Program-made: the position numbers and the translations under genes
IMG/VR virus record: IMGVR_UViG_3300034072_002231
Span: 1 to 54,588 of that record
Direction: 5' to 3' (one strand)
Source: a virus
Taxonomy: Duplodnaviria; Caudoviricetes
DNA: 54,588 nucleotides
In this document: positions 35,347 through 44,723 of the stretch, piece after piece
Position numbering within the stretch: the stretch's first letter is position 1
Layout of the letters: each line of letters starts with the position of its first letter
The notes under the pieces: generated by a model
What the model was told of the DNA's origin: nothing
Databases searched by the model: none
The model's input: only the letters and a program-made list of their open reading frames with translations

Positions 35347-36704
35347 GCATAGAATATGTAGGCAGGGATGCCATTGTACAGGCCGATACTGTTGCCTTTA
35401 CCTACCAGGTAAGTGAGAACCCCCGCGACTTTAACGAGTACCGCCCAAAGGAAGACCTGAAGTGGGATAACCGCCATAATGTTATTGGTGACTTTATCGT
35501 CTATCCGTATGGTAATAATAACGACCTGCCGGAGCAAATAAAGGATGTGGTACTAAATAACCATTCAGCGCCGGGCATACTGAATAAGAAAACCCAAATG
35601 CTTTGGGGAACTGGTCCAAAACTCTACAAGGAGGTGCTGATAGATAAAAGGAGAGTAGTAAGGGAACTGGAAGATAACCTTGATATTTTGCAATGGCTGG
35701 AGAGTTGGGATTACTTGGATTACCTACTGCGTATGTGTGTGGACTATGGCTATATGCAGGGGGTGTACACAAAGTTTGAGCAGGCAAGGGGCAGCAGGAT
35801 AGGCAAAAACTTTATTGCCCGGCTGGAACACGTTAGCGTGGATAAGGCGCGCCTGGCATCCTTACGCGCTGCTAACAGCAATAAGCCTACCCATGTAATA
35901 GTAACCGACTGGAGCTTTACAAACCCCAATGCGCTGGCAGAGTATAAGGCATACGATAAGTTTGATTTTTCCCGCCCTTTCGAGTTTAAGAACGCTATCC
36001 TCTACAGCAATATGTACAGCTTCTGTACAGAGTTTTATACAGTGCCGGAGATGTATGGACTTATGGAATGGCTAAGGCGTTCTACTGCGGTTCCGCTCAT
36101 TTTTAAAGCCCTCTCAAAGAATGGCATTAACCTGAAGTACCACATCATATCCCCGCAGCCCTATTGGGATGAAAAGCGGAAAGAGCTTCAGGAAAGATGT
36201 GTTGAGCGTGGGATTCCATATGAGGAGAAGATGCTGAAGGAATTGGAAGAAGAAACGCTGAATAAAATTAAGAAAGTCCTTTCCGGGGAAGAAAACACCG
36301 GCAAATTCCTCCATACTAAAAAAGCACTTGTTGTAGAAGGCAACAACCTGCTGGAGATGGGTTGGGAGGTAAAGGTAGTTGACCAGAACATAAAAGATTT
36401 TGTTGAGTCGCAGATATCCATTGCAGACCGCTCAGACAGGGCAATCAGCATCGGTAGCGGCCTGCATGGTTCACTTGGCAATGTGGCCGTAAATGGCAAA
36501 AGCGACAGCGGGAGTGAGCAGCTCTATGCCTTTAAAAACTTCCTTAATTCGGGTGTGAACATACCGGAAATGATAATCATGAAAGCCATTAACTACGCTA
36601 TAAAAGCCAATTTCCCGGGCAGCGGGTTAAAGCTGGGCTTCTTCCATGAAGTTGCAGAACGGGAGCAGGATGTAAATCCTGAAGACAGGGTAAAAAATAA
36701 TTAG
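35343..36704 (+). CDS. Portal protein
   Basis: 453 aa; YPYGNNND, FYTVP, LSGEENTGK, SGSEQ patterns and position typical of Bacteroidota phage portals. Confidence 0.75.
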   Translation: MSIEYVGRDAIVQADTVAFTYQVSENPRDFNEYRPKEDLKWDNRHNVIGDFIVYPYGNNNDLPEQIKDVVLNNHSAPGILNKKTQMLWGTGPKLYKEVLIDKRRVVRELEDNLDILQWLESWDYLDYLLRMCVDYGYMQGVYTKFEQARGSRIGKNFIARLEHVSVDKARLASLRAANSNKPTHVIVTDWSFTNPNALAEYKAYDKFDFSRPFEFKNAILYSNMYSFCTEFYTVPEMYGLMEWLRRSTAVPLIFKALSKNGINLKYHIISPQPYWDEKRKELQERCVERGIPYEEKMLKELEEETLNKIKKVLSGEENTGKFLHTKKALVVEGNNLLEMGWEVKVVDQNIKDFVESQISIADRSDRAISIGSGLHGSLGNVAVNGKSDSGSEQLYAFKNFLNSGVNIPEMIIMKAINYAIKANFPGSGLKLGFFHEVAEREQDVNPEDRVKNN

Positions 36705-36707
36705 AAC

Positions 36708-37673
36708 ATGGAACTACTATTTGAAAAGGAGGGCGAAATCGGGGGCAAAGAGTTTAAAACACTGCTTGGCTTTGCGGATGCCGATATAAAATTCAGCAGT
36801 ATTAAAGCCGATATTATTACTGCCACAAACGAGATGATACGCTTTACCGGGCAGGAAGCCTATGATGCCGTACTGGAGGCGTATAAAGCAGCAGACCAAA
36901 ACCCAGCACAGCAGATGCTCGTGCATATGTACCGATACCCTATTGCAGTAAGGGCTTATGCCATGTTTGCCCCAAACAATGATGTGGCACACACCAACAA
37001 CGGGCGGCGTATGCGCATGGGCGATAACGAAAAGCAGGCTTTTGAATGGCTGCTTGACCGGGATAATGAAGCTACCGAAAAGCGTTTCTACCGGGCGATG
37101 GATGACCTGGTGCAGTATATGGATAAGAACCTTGAGGAATGGAAGGCTTCAGGAGCCTTTAAACGCTCTCATTCGCTATTCCTGCGCACAACATACGAGT
37201 TTGATGAGTACCTGCCCTTAGAGAGCCGCTATGTGCTCCTGAAGCTGGAGCCGGGCATAAGGCAATGTGAGCAAAACGAGATATTGCCGCGCTTAGGCAG
37301 GGTAAAGTTTGAGGCACTGAAGCAGGCGCTAAAAAGCAATACCGACATTACGGATGAAAAGGATACAGAGCTACTGGCGCTGATTAAAGAAGCCAGTTGC
37401 TATTATGCGATAGCATGGGGCATCACCAGGCTATCGGTAAATATATTCCCTGAAGGCGTATTGCAAAGTTATACTTCAGACAGGGAAACCACAAAAATAA
37501 AGCGGCCTGCACAAAAGCTGGAGGCAGAAGCTGCGCGGATGGCCTATGCCGGTGATGCAGAAAGAGTGCTGCTAAAAATAGAAAAGCTGGTAGCACCAGC
37601 GGTCCAGCCCACAGCCTGTACAGAGGGTGATATTATTAATATTATATCAGGAGACAACTTTTTATCAATATAA
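36708..37673 (+). CDS. Putative head-tail adaptor/neck protein
   Basis: 321 aa helical, internally duplicated, directly after portal. Confidence 0.5.
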   Translation: MELLFEKEGEIGGKEFKTLLGFADADIKFSSIKADIITATNEMIRFTGQEAYDAVLEAYKAADQNPAQQMLVHMYRYPIAVRAYAMFAPNNDVAHTNNGRRMRMGDNEKQAFEWLLDRDNEATEKRFYRAMDDLVQYMDKNLEEWKASGAFKRSHSLFLRTTYEFDEYLPLESRYVLLKLEPGIRQCEQNEILPRLGRVKFEALKQALKSNTDITDEKDTELLALIKEASCYYAIAWGITRLSVNIFPEGVLQSYTSDRETTKIKRPAQKLEAEAARMAYAGDAERVLLKIEKLVAPAVQPTACTEGDIINIISGDNFLSI

Positions 37674-37675
37674 GC

Positions 37676-37990
37676 ATGAAACGATTTTTAGCGAGCATTA
37701 AGGCATTTTTATTAAAGTTATGGCACTTCAGGAAGTACAGGCAGTTTGCCGGGTTTGAAAAAAGACTGGGCAAGGCGGTAACCGATCAGGAAGTGGACAG
37801 GTATATCCTGAAGAGCGAAATAGTGAAGTATATGGGCAAATACCTGCACGTTAACGCCAGGAGCAAATACATACCCAAAGACAGGAAGAATAAAGAAGAA
37901 TGCCGGCAGCAGGTTATTGGCGTTTTTGGCGACAGGATGAAAAGACTCGGCATAACTATTAACGACAAGCTGGAATTATGCACACCATAG
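37676..37990 (+). CDS. Hypothetical basic phage protein
   Basis: 104-aa ORF in operon. Confidence 0.65.
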   Translation: MKRFLASIKAFLLKLWHFRKYRQFAGFEKRLGKAVTDQEVDRYILKSEIVKYMGKYLHVNARSKYIPKDRKNKEECRQQVIGVFGDRMKRLGITINDKLELCTP

Positions 37991-38883
37991 AAATTCCGGA
38001 GAAAAACCGCAGGCTATATATGCCTGAGAACCTCTCACAATGCGACAGCGACCAGTATCTCGATATGTGCGAGCTGCTGTACCGGTACCAGTGCGGGCAA
38101 TTGCCATTTGACAGCCTGAAGGTGCAGGCCGTTTACCGCCTGCTGAACCTGAAGCCTACTAAAAAAGAATTGCTGATTCCGGAAGAGGAAGTGAAGTGGG
38201 CAAATGTGGCAAGGCTTGCCGAGCTGGCAGAATCGTTTTTTGAAGATAAGGACGGGCAGAAGGTTATTGCCATTGATTATACCCATAATCCTGTACCAAA
38301 GATAAAGCCGCTCCTGAAGTCATATTATGGCCCTCAGGACGGTTTTGCTAATGTAACCTTTGGGGAGTATACCGATGGCCTGCGGATATTCCTTGAGTAT
38401 TCCAGGACAGGAAATGAGGCACTGCTGCGTGAGCTGGCCGCAATATTTTACAGGCCTAAAAAAAGCCTGCACTGTATTAAGAAATTAAGCCCACGCTATA
38501 ATGGCGACATACGGCAGCCCTATAACCCCGTTAGCATAGAGAGCCGTGCTGAAGCCTTTAAATATTGCCATCCGGGTTTTGCTTATGGTTTCTTCCTGTA
38601 CTTTGCCAGTTTCCAAAAGTACATTACACAGGCTGTTATTCCCTGGGGAGGGCAGGAGCTTGACCTATCTATACTCTTTGATGGCAATTCTACTCAAGAA
38701 CCCGAAACGATTCCGGGCATTGGCATGGATGCGATTACCTTCAGCATTGGCGAAAGCCAGGTGTTTGGAAGTAAGGAGCAGGTGCGGCAGGTTAACCTCT
38801 GGGAGATGCTTGTTTACCTGTACAGCCTCAAGAAAAAAGACCTCGATAACAAGCAAAAAGAAAAAAGCAATGCTAAAAATTAG
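37978..38883 (+). CDS. Hypothetical protein, possible tail assembly chaperone
   Basis: 301 aa; NVTFGEY and LAAIFYRP motifs; position. Confidence 0.5.
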   Translation: MHTIEIPEKNRRLYMPENLSQCDSDQYLDMCELLYRYQCGQLPFDSLKVQAVYRLLNLKPTKKELLIPEEEVKWANVARLAELAESFFEDKDGQKVIAIDYTHNPVPKIKPLLKSYYGPQDGFANVTFGEYTDGLRIFLEYSRTGNEALLRELAAIFYRPKKSLHCIKKLSPRYNGDIRQPYNPVSIESRAEAFKYCHPGFAYGFFLYFASFQKYITQAVIPWGGQELDLSILFDGNSTQEPETIPGIGMDAITFSIGESQVFGSKEQVRQVNLWEMLVYLYSLKKKDLDNKQKEKSNAKN

Positions 38884-39331
38884 CCATCTAAAACAATACC
38901 TGCCTACGCTCGCAGCGGCAATACCCGAAGTTAAGCGGCACGAAATGGCGGTGACCAAAGATGACATTATAAAATTTATGAAAAGCCATGAGGAGGGAGA
39001 TAATATGCTCCTGATAGCCATTGTGCCGGAGCATGGTGTAAGTGGTGGCGAGAACAGCGCGCAATGGACGAACAGCGGCGGTTTTTTCGTTCTGGAGAAA
39101 ACAGACTACTCAGAACTGGAAGACGGCGGCTACCTTGATATTTTTGAAAGGACACAGGATGCAGTAGAGAAGCTGATTAATAAGCTGCTTCAGGATAAGG
39201 CTGCCGTTGCAGGCCCTATGTGCGGTTTTCTTGCTGACCTTGATGAAGACAGCATTGGAGCAAGCCCTATAGAAGCGCTGGAGAGCTGCAACGGCTACTT
39301 TGTGAGCTTCAGCATGGGGTCAAGATTTTAA
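38870..39331 (+). CDS. Putative tail completion/terminator protein
   Basis: ATG at 38870 (MLKISHLK...) overlapping previous stop; ends NGYFVSFS. Confidence 0.55.
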   Translation: MLKISHLKQYLPTLAAAIPEVKRHEMAVTKDDIIKFMKSHEEGDNMLLIAIVPEHGVSGGENSAQWTNSGGFFVLEKTDYSELEDGGYLDIFERTQDAVEKLINKLLQDKAAVAGPMCGFLADLDEDSIGASPIEALESCNGYFVSFSMGSRF

Positions 39332-39363
39332 AAGTAGTATATTAGCCTGTAAACAAATGCAAA

Positions 39364-39564
39364 ATGACAGAAGAAGAAATAAGGGAGCTTTACAACGAAG
39401 TAATTAATCAGCGTGGCATTCATAATAAGCTGGGGCTTAGCCGGAGTTATATCTACCACCTGAGGAACGACGTCCCTCCTACTCTGGGCTTAATGCTCGA
39501 ACAGTTGCTTAAGCTGGGCAAAATAAAAGTGGAACTAAATGACGACAACCCGAAAAACACTTGA
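39364..39564 (+). CDS. Small HTH-like protein
   Basis: IHNKLGLSRSYIYHLRN. Confidence 0.55.
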   Translation: MTEEEIRELYNEVINQRGIHNKLGLSRSYIYHLRNDVPPTLGLMLEQLLKLGKIKVELNDDNPKNT

Positions 39565-39910
39565 TGATATCCTTCAAGGCAGGTATGTAAAGCGCGTGAT
39601 GCAGGAGCAGTCAAAGGAAATAAACCTTGCCCAGGTAAAGTATATTTCCGGGCATAAATTTGGCAGCCCCCATTGGTTGGCCGCGCGTGGCTTTACTGCT
39701 AATGAAAGCGCCCTTGAATATGCCCACAAGTTAACCCACCGCTTTGTGGATATGAAGACCAGGCAGACCGATAAGGGCAAAAAGAAAAAGAAAGCACACC
39801 CGATACACAATAAGATAATTTGGGGCCATTACAACAACATTGTGCGCGAGCTGAGCTATGGCTACACCGAAGCGGTAAAAGAAGAGTTGAAAGGGCTGGA
39901 GGAAAAATAA
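39539..39910 (+). CDS. Putative neck/tail morphogenesis protein
   Basis: Basic 123 aa, RFVDMK and PIHNKIIWG motifs. Confidence 0.55.
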   Translation: MTTTRKTLDDILQGRYVKRVMQEQSKEINLAQVKYISGHKFGSPHWLAARGFTANESALEYAHKLTHRFVDMKTRQTDKGKKKKKAHPIHNKIIWGHYNNIVRELSYGYTEAVKEELKGLEEK

Positions 39911-39912
39911 AC

Positions 39913-40170
39913 TTACTTATTTAGCTTATCCCTATGCTCTTTTTCAAGTTTACCTTTAATATCCAAAAGACTTTGCCTAAATTCAGCAAGTTGCTCAGAA
40001 TATTCCCTTTTACGGTCAAGTGCTCTGGTTGCATCAATATCATGCAATGCCACTATAATCCTTTGTGGTAAATAGAACTTTTTAATGCCTTCATTAAAAT
40101 CTTGTTCGATTTCAAAAACCTTATGCCGTATTCTAACAACTCTATCTTCAATATGATAATCTGGTTTCAT
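39913..40170 (-). CDS. Hypothetical protein
   Basis: 85-aa ORF convergent on morphogenesis operon, divergent from hicA. Confidence 0.6.
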   Translation of the reverse strand: MKPDYHIEDRVVRIRHKVFEIEQDFNEGIKKFYLPQRIIVALHDIDATRALDRKREYSEQLAEFRQSLLDIKGKLEKEHRDKLNK

Positions 40171-40200
40171 ATTGTAAAAATATACAACAAAAGAAAATAT

Positions 40201-40242
40201 TATATAACATATTTGTTATGTAACAAAAATGTTATATATTTG
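40201..40242 (+). promoter_or_regulatory. hicAB promoter/operator
   Basis: Tandem palindromes ATAACA-TATT-TGTTAT and GTAACA-AAAA-TGTTAT abutting -7 box TATATTTG (40235-42). Confidence 0.65.
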
Positions 40243-40328
40243 TCTTACCAACATTAACAAGAATAGGAACTTAATATTTAACATGATGAAAACGGAAAAA
40301 CGAAATTTAAACCTTAATTATTATCTGC

Positions 40329-40517
40329 ATGGCAAAAGTATCAGAACTTTTGAGACTATTGAAGAAAGATGGGTGGTACCTGTACAAAAACGGAGCTAAT
40401 CACGATTTATACAGGCATCCCTCGAAAAAAAATCAATTAACAGTACCGCGACATGGTAGCAAAGAGATGGCTACCGGTACATATAACAGTATACTTAAGG
40501 CAGCAGGATTAAAATAA
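40329..40517 (+). CDS. hicA: HicA family mRNA interferase toxin
   Basis: LKKDGWY...GANHDLYRHP...TVPRHG...GTYNSILKAAGL. Confidence 0.93.
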   Translation: MAKVSELLRLLKKDGWYLYKNGANHDLYRHPSKKNQLTVPRHGSKEMATGTYNSILKAAGLK

Positions 40518-40546
40518 ACCTCTGTTTTTTTACTCACAGTATAACT

Positions 40547-40957
40547 ATGAATAAACCTTTTAATGTAACCGTTATAGTAGAAAAAACCGGGACGGGGTTT
40601 TCTGCTTACGCCAAGGAGATAGACGGTCTGGTAACGGTGGGCGATTCTATTTCCGAATTGAAGTCGAACTTTAATGAAGTACTTTATCATCACGTAGAGT
40701 ATCTACAGGAGCAAGGCGAAACTTCTTTAAAAGTCGACGACTTTGAGCTTAATTACGTTTTAGATCTCGAACAATTTTTCGAGTACTTCAATGTAATAAA
40801 CAAAACTGCCTTTGCAGAGCAATATGCAAAGGTTAACAGCAGCCTTTTCAGGCAATATACAAAAGGCTTAGCCCCACTTTCGGGAGATAAGCTAAAACAA
40901 ATATCAAAAGGGCTACATAAGCTGGCAGATGAAATTAACGATTTAAGCTTTGCATAA
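40547..40957 (+). CDS. hicB: HicB family antitoxin with C-terminal HTH
   Basis: VEKTGTGFSAY...TVGDSISELK; INKTAFA...VNSSLFRQY. Confidence 0.9.
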   Translation: MNKPFNVTVIVEKTGTGFSAYAKEIDGLVTVGDSISELKSNFNEVLYHHVEYLQEQGETSLKVDDFELNYVLDLEQFFEYFNVINKTAFAEQYAKVNSSLFRQYTKGLAPLSGDKLKQISKGLHKLADEINDLSFA

Positions 40958-40968
40958 AATTTTGTAGA

Positions 40969-41757
40969 ATGAATGTATTTATAAGTTGGTCAGGCGAAAG
41001 AAGTAAAAGAGTTGCTGAATTACTGGATGAATGGCTTAAATGTGTTATTCAGGCAATAGATCCGTGGATGTCAAGTAAGGATATTGACAGAGGTGCACTG
41101 TGGTTTACAGAAATTTCAGGGCAATTAGCAAATACCTCTATTGGTATTGTGTGCCTGACTAAAGAAAATAAAAACAAGCCCTGGATATTATTTGAATCAG
41201 GTGCACTTGCTAAAGGAATATCATCAAATAGAGTTTTGACATTATTAATTGATTTGGCACCTTCGGATCTTGAAAGTCCGTTATCACAGTTCAATCACTC
41301 ATTCCCTGATAAAGATGGTATATATAAGCTTGTAAGTACAATTAATGCCTATTTGGGTGATAAGGCATTAAATAAATCAATTTTAGAAAAAGTTTTTGAA
41401 ACATACTGGTCTCAATTTGAGGAGAATTTTAATCAGATATTAAAAGATGTACCTGAAGGAGAAATTGAAGATAAAAGATCATCTAATGACTTGCTCAATG
41501 AAGTACTAATGTCTGTAAGAGCAATGGATAGTAGATTAAGAAACTTAGAAACAAAAAATCGTCCAATCAAAAAAGCAACAATAGAAAAGGTTTCTGACGA
41601 AAATTCAAAGGAACCAAGAAACATTACCATTTGGGAGAATATAGGAAATAAAGATTTACTGGAATATCTTCGTAATGCAACAACTCCTGCAACTGAATTT
41701 TCAGATAAATATATAGATATGCAAAAATTCATTAGAGATAACTTTAAGCCAGAATAA
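40969..41757 (+). CDS. TIR domain protein
   Basis: VFISWSG, DIDRGALW, WILFESGAL with catalytic-position Glu. Confidence 0.88.
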   Translation: MNVFISWSGERSKRVAELLDEWLKCVIQAIDPWMSSKDIDRGALWFTEISGQLANTSIGIVCLTKENKNKPWILFESGALAKGISSNRVLTLLIDLAPSDLESPLSQFNHSFPDKDGIYKLVSTINAYLGDKALNKSILEKVFETYWSQFEENFNQILKDVPEGEIEDKRSSNDLLNEVLMSVRAMDSRLRNLETKNRPIKKATIEKVSDENSKEPRNITIWENIGNKDLLEYLRNATTPATEFSDKYIDMQKFIRDNFKPE

Positions 41758-41762
41758 ACCAA

Positions 41763-41787
41763 CTCCCCGCCCGGTGCGGGGATTTTT
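41763..41787 (+). terminator. Rho-independent terminator
   Basis: TCCCCGC CCGGT GCGGGGA TTTTT. Confidence 0.75.
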
Positions 41788-41855
41788 ATTTACTAAAATT
41801 TAACATTTAACTTTTTTTCATAAATTGGCAACTGATAATCAGTCAATCCAACTAT

Positions 41856-42683
41856 ATGAAAACCCTTCTCCCCCTGCTCCTGCTATTTTTTAACCTGATG
41901 CTGTTTGCACAAGAACCTAAAGACGTTTATTACCTAAACAAAATACAAAAGCTTGAAAAAGCTGTAGATTCTCTCAAATCAGAAAGGGAACTATACAAAG
42001 CTCATTATCAAGCCAGTTCTCATAACACAGTGACTAATGAAGTTAAAGATTTTTATCAAGACTCATTTGATAATTTATTGTGGTTATTAGGCGGGTTAAT
42101 TACAGTATTTGGTATCATAATTCCCTTCTTGAATCAATATTTCCAAAGAAAAAGTTTGAATGATCTTACCGGAAGAATATCTAATCAACTTACTGAGGCT
42201 TTTGAGCAAAGGCTTGAAGTCCTTAACCAAAACAGCAAGACTCAAATTGAAAGAATAAATAGTGCTTTTCAAAGTGAAATTGAAAGAATCAACAGTATAA
42301 TGAATGAAAAATTTATAGAATTTGATAAACTCAGTGAAGACTTTAAGTTTCAGATTAAAGGTATGATGTTTTATAGTCAAGGTAGTGCTAATGTAGCTGT
42401 ACTAAATACATATTTGGGTATCTTTAATTTTTTGTTTGCTGCTGAAGTATATTTAGACTTGCATGATACTGATAATTATGAACTATGTATTGCAAATATT
42501 TTTAATTTAGTAGATAGTATAGATAAGGAAACAATTAGTAATTTAGAATCACACTTGCAAGCTTATGATTATACAATTGATAAATTCATGCATAAATTTA
42601 TTAATAATTACACTTCAAATATAAATCTTCAATATTTAGAAGTAATACATCAAAAATTCAATGAATTTAAATATCCAATATAA
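41856..42683 (+). CDS. Hypothetical membrane protein with signal peptide and coiled coils
   Basis: Signal peptide, TM LLWLLGGLITVFGIIIPFL, helical C-terminus. Confidence 0.75.
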   Translation: MKTLLPLLLLFFNLMLFAQEPKDVYYLNKIQKLEKAVDSLKSERELYKAHYQASSHNTVTNEVKDFYQDSFDNLLWLLGGLITVFGIIIPFLNQYFQRKSLNDLTGRISNQLTEAFEQRLEVLNQNSKTQIERINSAFQSEIERINSIMNEKFIEFDKLSEDFKFQIKGMMFYSQGSANVAVLNTYLGIFNFLFAAEVYLDLHDTDNYELCIANIFNLVDSIDKETISNLESHLQAYDYTIDKFMHKFINNYTSNINLQYLEVIHQKFNEFKYPI

Positions 42684-42781
42684 TAAAGTAGTTTTTCTAT
42701 AAAGGAAAATAAGTCTCAAAGTATAAAATTCTTTACAAACCAGAAATCTTGCACATTCGTGCAAGATTTTGCATTTTATAC

Positions 42782-42789
42782 TATATTTG
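42782..42789 (+). promoter_or_regulatory. Bacteroidota sigma-70 -7 box
   Basis: TATATTTG immediately before leader RNA copy 2. Confidence 0.65.
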
Positions 42790-42792
42790 TAA

Positions 42793-42950
42793 TGCGAAAC
42801 ATAGTTGCCTGAAACTCTAAATCAGGGTAAATACTTTAATTAATAATATGGCGGAGTCCGGTAGCAGTAATGCCCGGAAAGTACTTCACTTAGGTGACTG
42901 TGTTTCGCAGCTCCGCCTCCATTAATTTATTCTTGTTATGCGAAACACAG
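42793..42950 (+). ncRNA. c4/CI-like antisense leader RNA, copy 2
   Basis: Site 1 TGCGAAACATAGTTGCCTG (42793-811); antisense TAGGTGACTGTGTTTCGCA (42891-909) inside stem GGCGGAG/CTCCGCC; site 2 TGCGAAACACAG (42939-50) on the start codon. Confidence 0.7.
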
Positions 42951-43216
42951 AAGTAAATGCAAAAGAAAACACATCTCCACAAGATGTAATTCCCGCCTTA
43001 GTGGCATTTTTAAACCGGTATGATATTACCGAAATTGCCACTACCTGCCCTGCCACAGTGCAGGAAATGTTTAACGACCTTATGTGCACAGAAGCTGCCG
43101 ATAGCGCCCAGTACCGCGAGCGCATGCGCTTTTCTCTGCTCATAATTGCCGACCTGGGCAATACCCTGCTGCCTTTTACAGATATAGATGCATCTGCCAT
43201 AAAACTGCCCGCATAG
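42938..43216 (+). CDS. Hypothetical protein A2 (paralog of 10988..11266)
   Basis: MRNT...QDVIPA...QYR...DLGNTLLPF. Confidence 0.8.
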   Translation: MRNTEVNAKENTSPQDVIPALVAFLNRYDITEIATTCPATVQEMFNDLMCTEAADSAQYRERMRFSLLIIADLGNTLLPFTDIDASAIKLPA

Positions 43217-43226
43217 CCCCTGCCCT

Positions 43227-43643
43227 ATGGATGCAAAGGCTACCGTTTCCGTACTGTTCCCCAAGAGCAGCGCGGTGCCCTACCACGAAGTTACAGTACT
43301 GGAAGTGGCAAAAACAATTATAGACATGAAGCTAACGCCCAAAACAGAGCCGCTGCTGCTAACTGTACAGGGGCAAAAAGAGCAGCTATACTACAACAGG
43401 TATATGTTTTGGCTGTATGCAAAGGGTAAAATAAGCTATGCCGACTTGCTGGCCTCGTGCTGGTGCCACGGGCTGTACCGCAACAATGCAGAGCTTGTTG
43501 GCCCCGCCGCCGAAACAGTAGATGCGCACAGCCTCTGGATGCTGCGCCACAACACACTTTTGCTTGTAGATGATAACAGGCACGTTACCCAAAGCTCGGC
43601 CACTATTGATGCGTTATTTTATAATGTAGAAAAAGTTCCGTAG
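43227..43643 (+). CDS. Hypothetical protein B2 (paralog of 11259..11660)
   Basis: CHGLYRNNA, DAHSLW. Confidence 0.8.
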   Translation: MDAKATVSVLFPKSSAVPYHEVTVLEVAKTIIDMKLTPKTEPLLLTVQGQKEQLYYNRYMFWLYAKGKISYADLLASCWCHGLYRNNAELVGPAAETVDAHSLWMLRHNTLLLVDDNRHVTQSSATIDALFYNVEKVP

Positions 43644-43691
43644 GTTTGTACCTTACATCTTGTAATCAGGATGATGTTAAATGAATTTTAA

Positions 43692-43721
43692 AAAGAAGCC
43701 CCGCTATTGCAGGGCTTCTTT
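43692..43721. terminator. Bidirectional terminator
   Basis: AAAGAAGCCCCGC TATT GCAGGGCTTCTTT. Confidence 0.8.
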
Positions 43722-43741
43722 GATTTTTATGTTTATTTAAG

Positions 43742-44500
43742 TTACGGTACTCTTTTATAAGTTGATAAAGTTGTTGTACCTTCAAAAGTATTTTCTAATA
43801 GTAGCTCCTCAGCAGTAATCTTTTTAATAGTGTAGGTAACTCCATTCCCTATCAATTGAGGGGACTGAAGCGTATAATTAAATGATGTAGTATTAAAGGT
43901 TCCAACATTATCAATGCATTCATCTAATACAGTTTGTTCAACAATACCGTTTGGTAAAAACTCAACAACTAAATAATATGCGCAACCACTGTTGTTTACC
44001 ATCCATACTTGCCCATTAAACTTTTCACTGTACAAATACCATTTGTTATATATCAGATCAAGGTCTATCTCCCCCACAGGTGCATCGTCATAGTTGCTTG
44101 TAAATGTACTATTGGTAAAAGTACCGTCTTCATTATCTATTTTAATAACAAGCTCATCTTCGGTAAGTGTAACAATCTCAACTGTACCAATCCCGCCTTC
44201 GCTTGTAGTGGTTATAATGTTACCATTGCGCGCTACAGTATATTCAAACGAAGTAAAATCTTCACAGTTGGTGTAGAACCTTGAATAGCTGGAACCGTTT
44301 TCATTATATTCCATATGGTCTTTGGCACAGGTAAATTTGTTCTCGTGCATTACTGTAACCCCGTTCGTTTCCATAGAAACAAAATACCATTTTTTAAAAA
44401 TGCTTACTTCAGATGATGATACGCTGTTGTTGTCGTCAGACGAGCAAGAGGCTAACACAAAGGTTACTAACGAAAGGATTAGTAATAATTTAGATTTCAT
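43742..44500 (-). CDS. Lipoprotein with two tandem lipocalin-like domains
   Basis: LAS-C lipobox; two repeats IFKKWYF...LTEDELVI and IYNKWYL...ITAEELLL. Confidence 0.75.
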   Translation of the reverse strand: MKSKLLLILSLVTFVLASCSSDDNNSVSSSEVSIFKKWYFVSMETNGVTVMHENKFTCAKDHMEYNENGSSYSRFYTNCEDFTSFEYTVARNGNIITTTSEGGIGTVEIVTLTEDELVIKIDNEDGTFTNSTFTSNYDDAPVGEIDLDLIYNKWYLYSEKFNGQVWMVNNSGCAYYLVVEFLPNGIVEQTVLDECIDNVGTFNTTSFNYTLQSPQLIGNGVTYTIKKITAEELLLENTFEGTTTLSTYKRVP

Positions 44501-44638
44501 TTTTTTGTTTTTAAGATTAAAGCTGCAATAATAGTATATTTTTTTGAATAAACTTTATCATGATTTATCTGCTATGTTCTAACTTTACAACCATACTTAA
44601 GGGCCACTCACCCTTTTAGTTTTATAATTTTTAGTTGT

Positions 44639-44669
44639 AAACCGCCTTCCAAAAGAGGGCGGTTTTTTT
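44639..44669 (+). terminator. Terminator hairpin
   Basis: AAACCGCCTTC CAAAA GAGGGCGGTTTTTTT. Confidence 0.75.
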
Positions 44670-44707
44670 CATGTTACAACTCTACTGCAAGGCAATTGCC
44701 ACATTTG
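44669..44707 (+). promoter_or_regulatory. Putative late promoter 5 (tail)
   Basis: TCATGTTACAA-N20-CACATTTG. Confidence 0.65.
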
Positions 44708-44723
44708 GAAAAAATTCCCGGCA

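Noticed and set aside
38546-38883. Lambda G/T-type -1 frameshift joining 37978 and 38870 ORFs
   Set aside because: A-rich runs are present, but the downstream ORF is in the +1 frame and has its own coupled ATG
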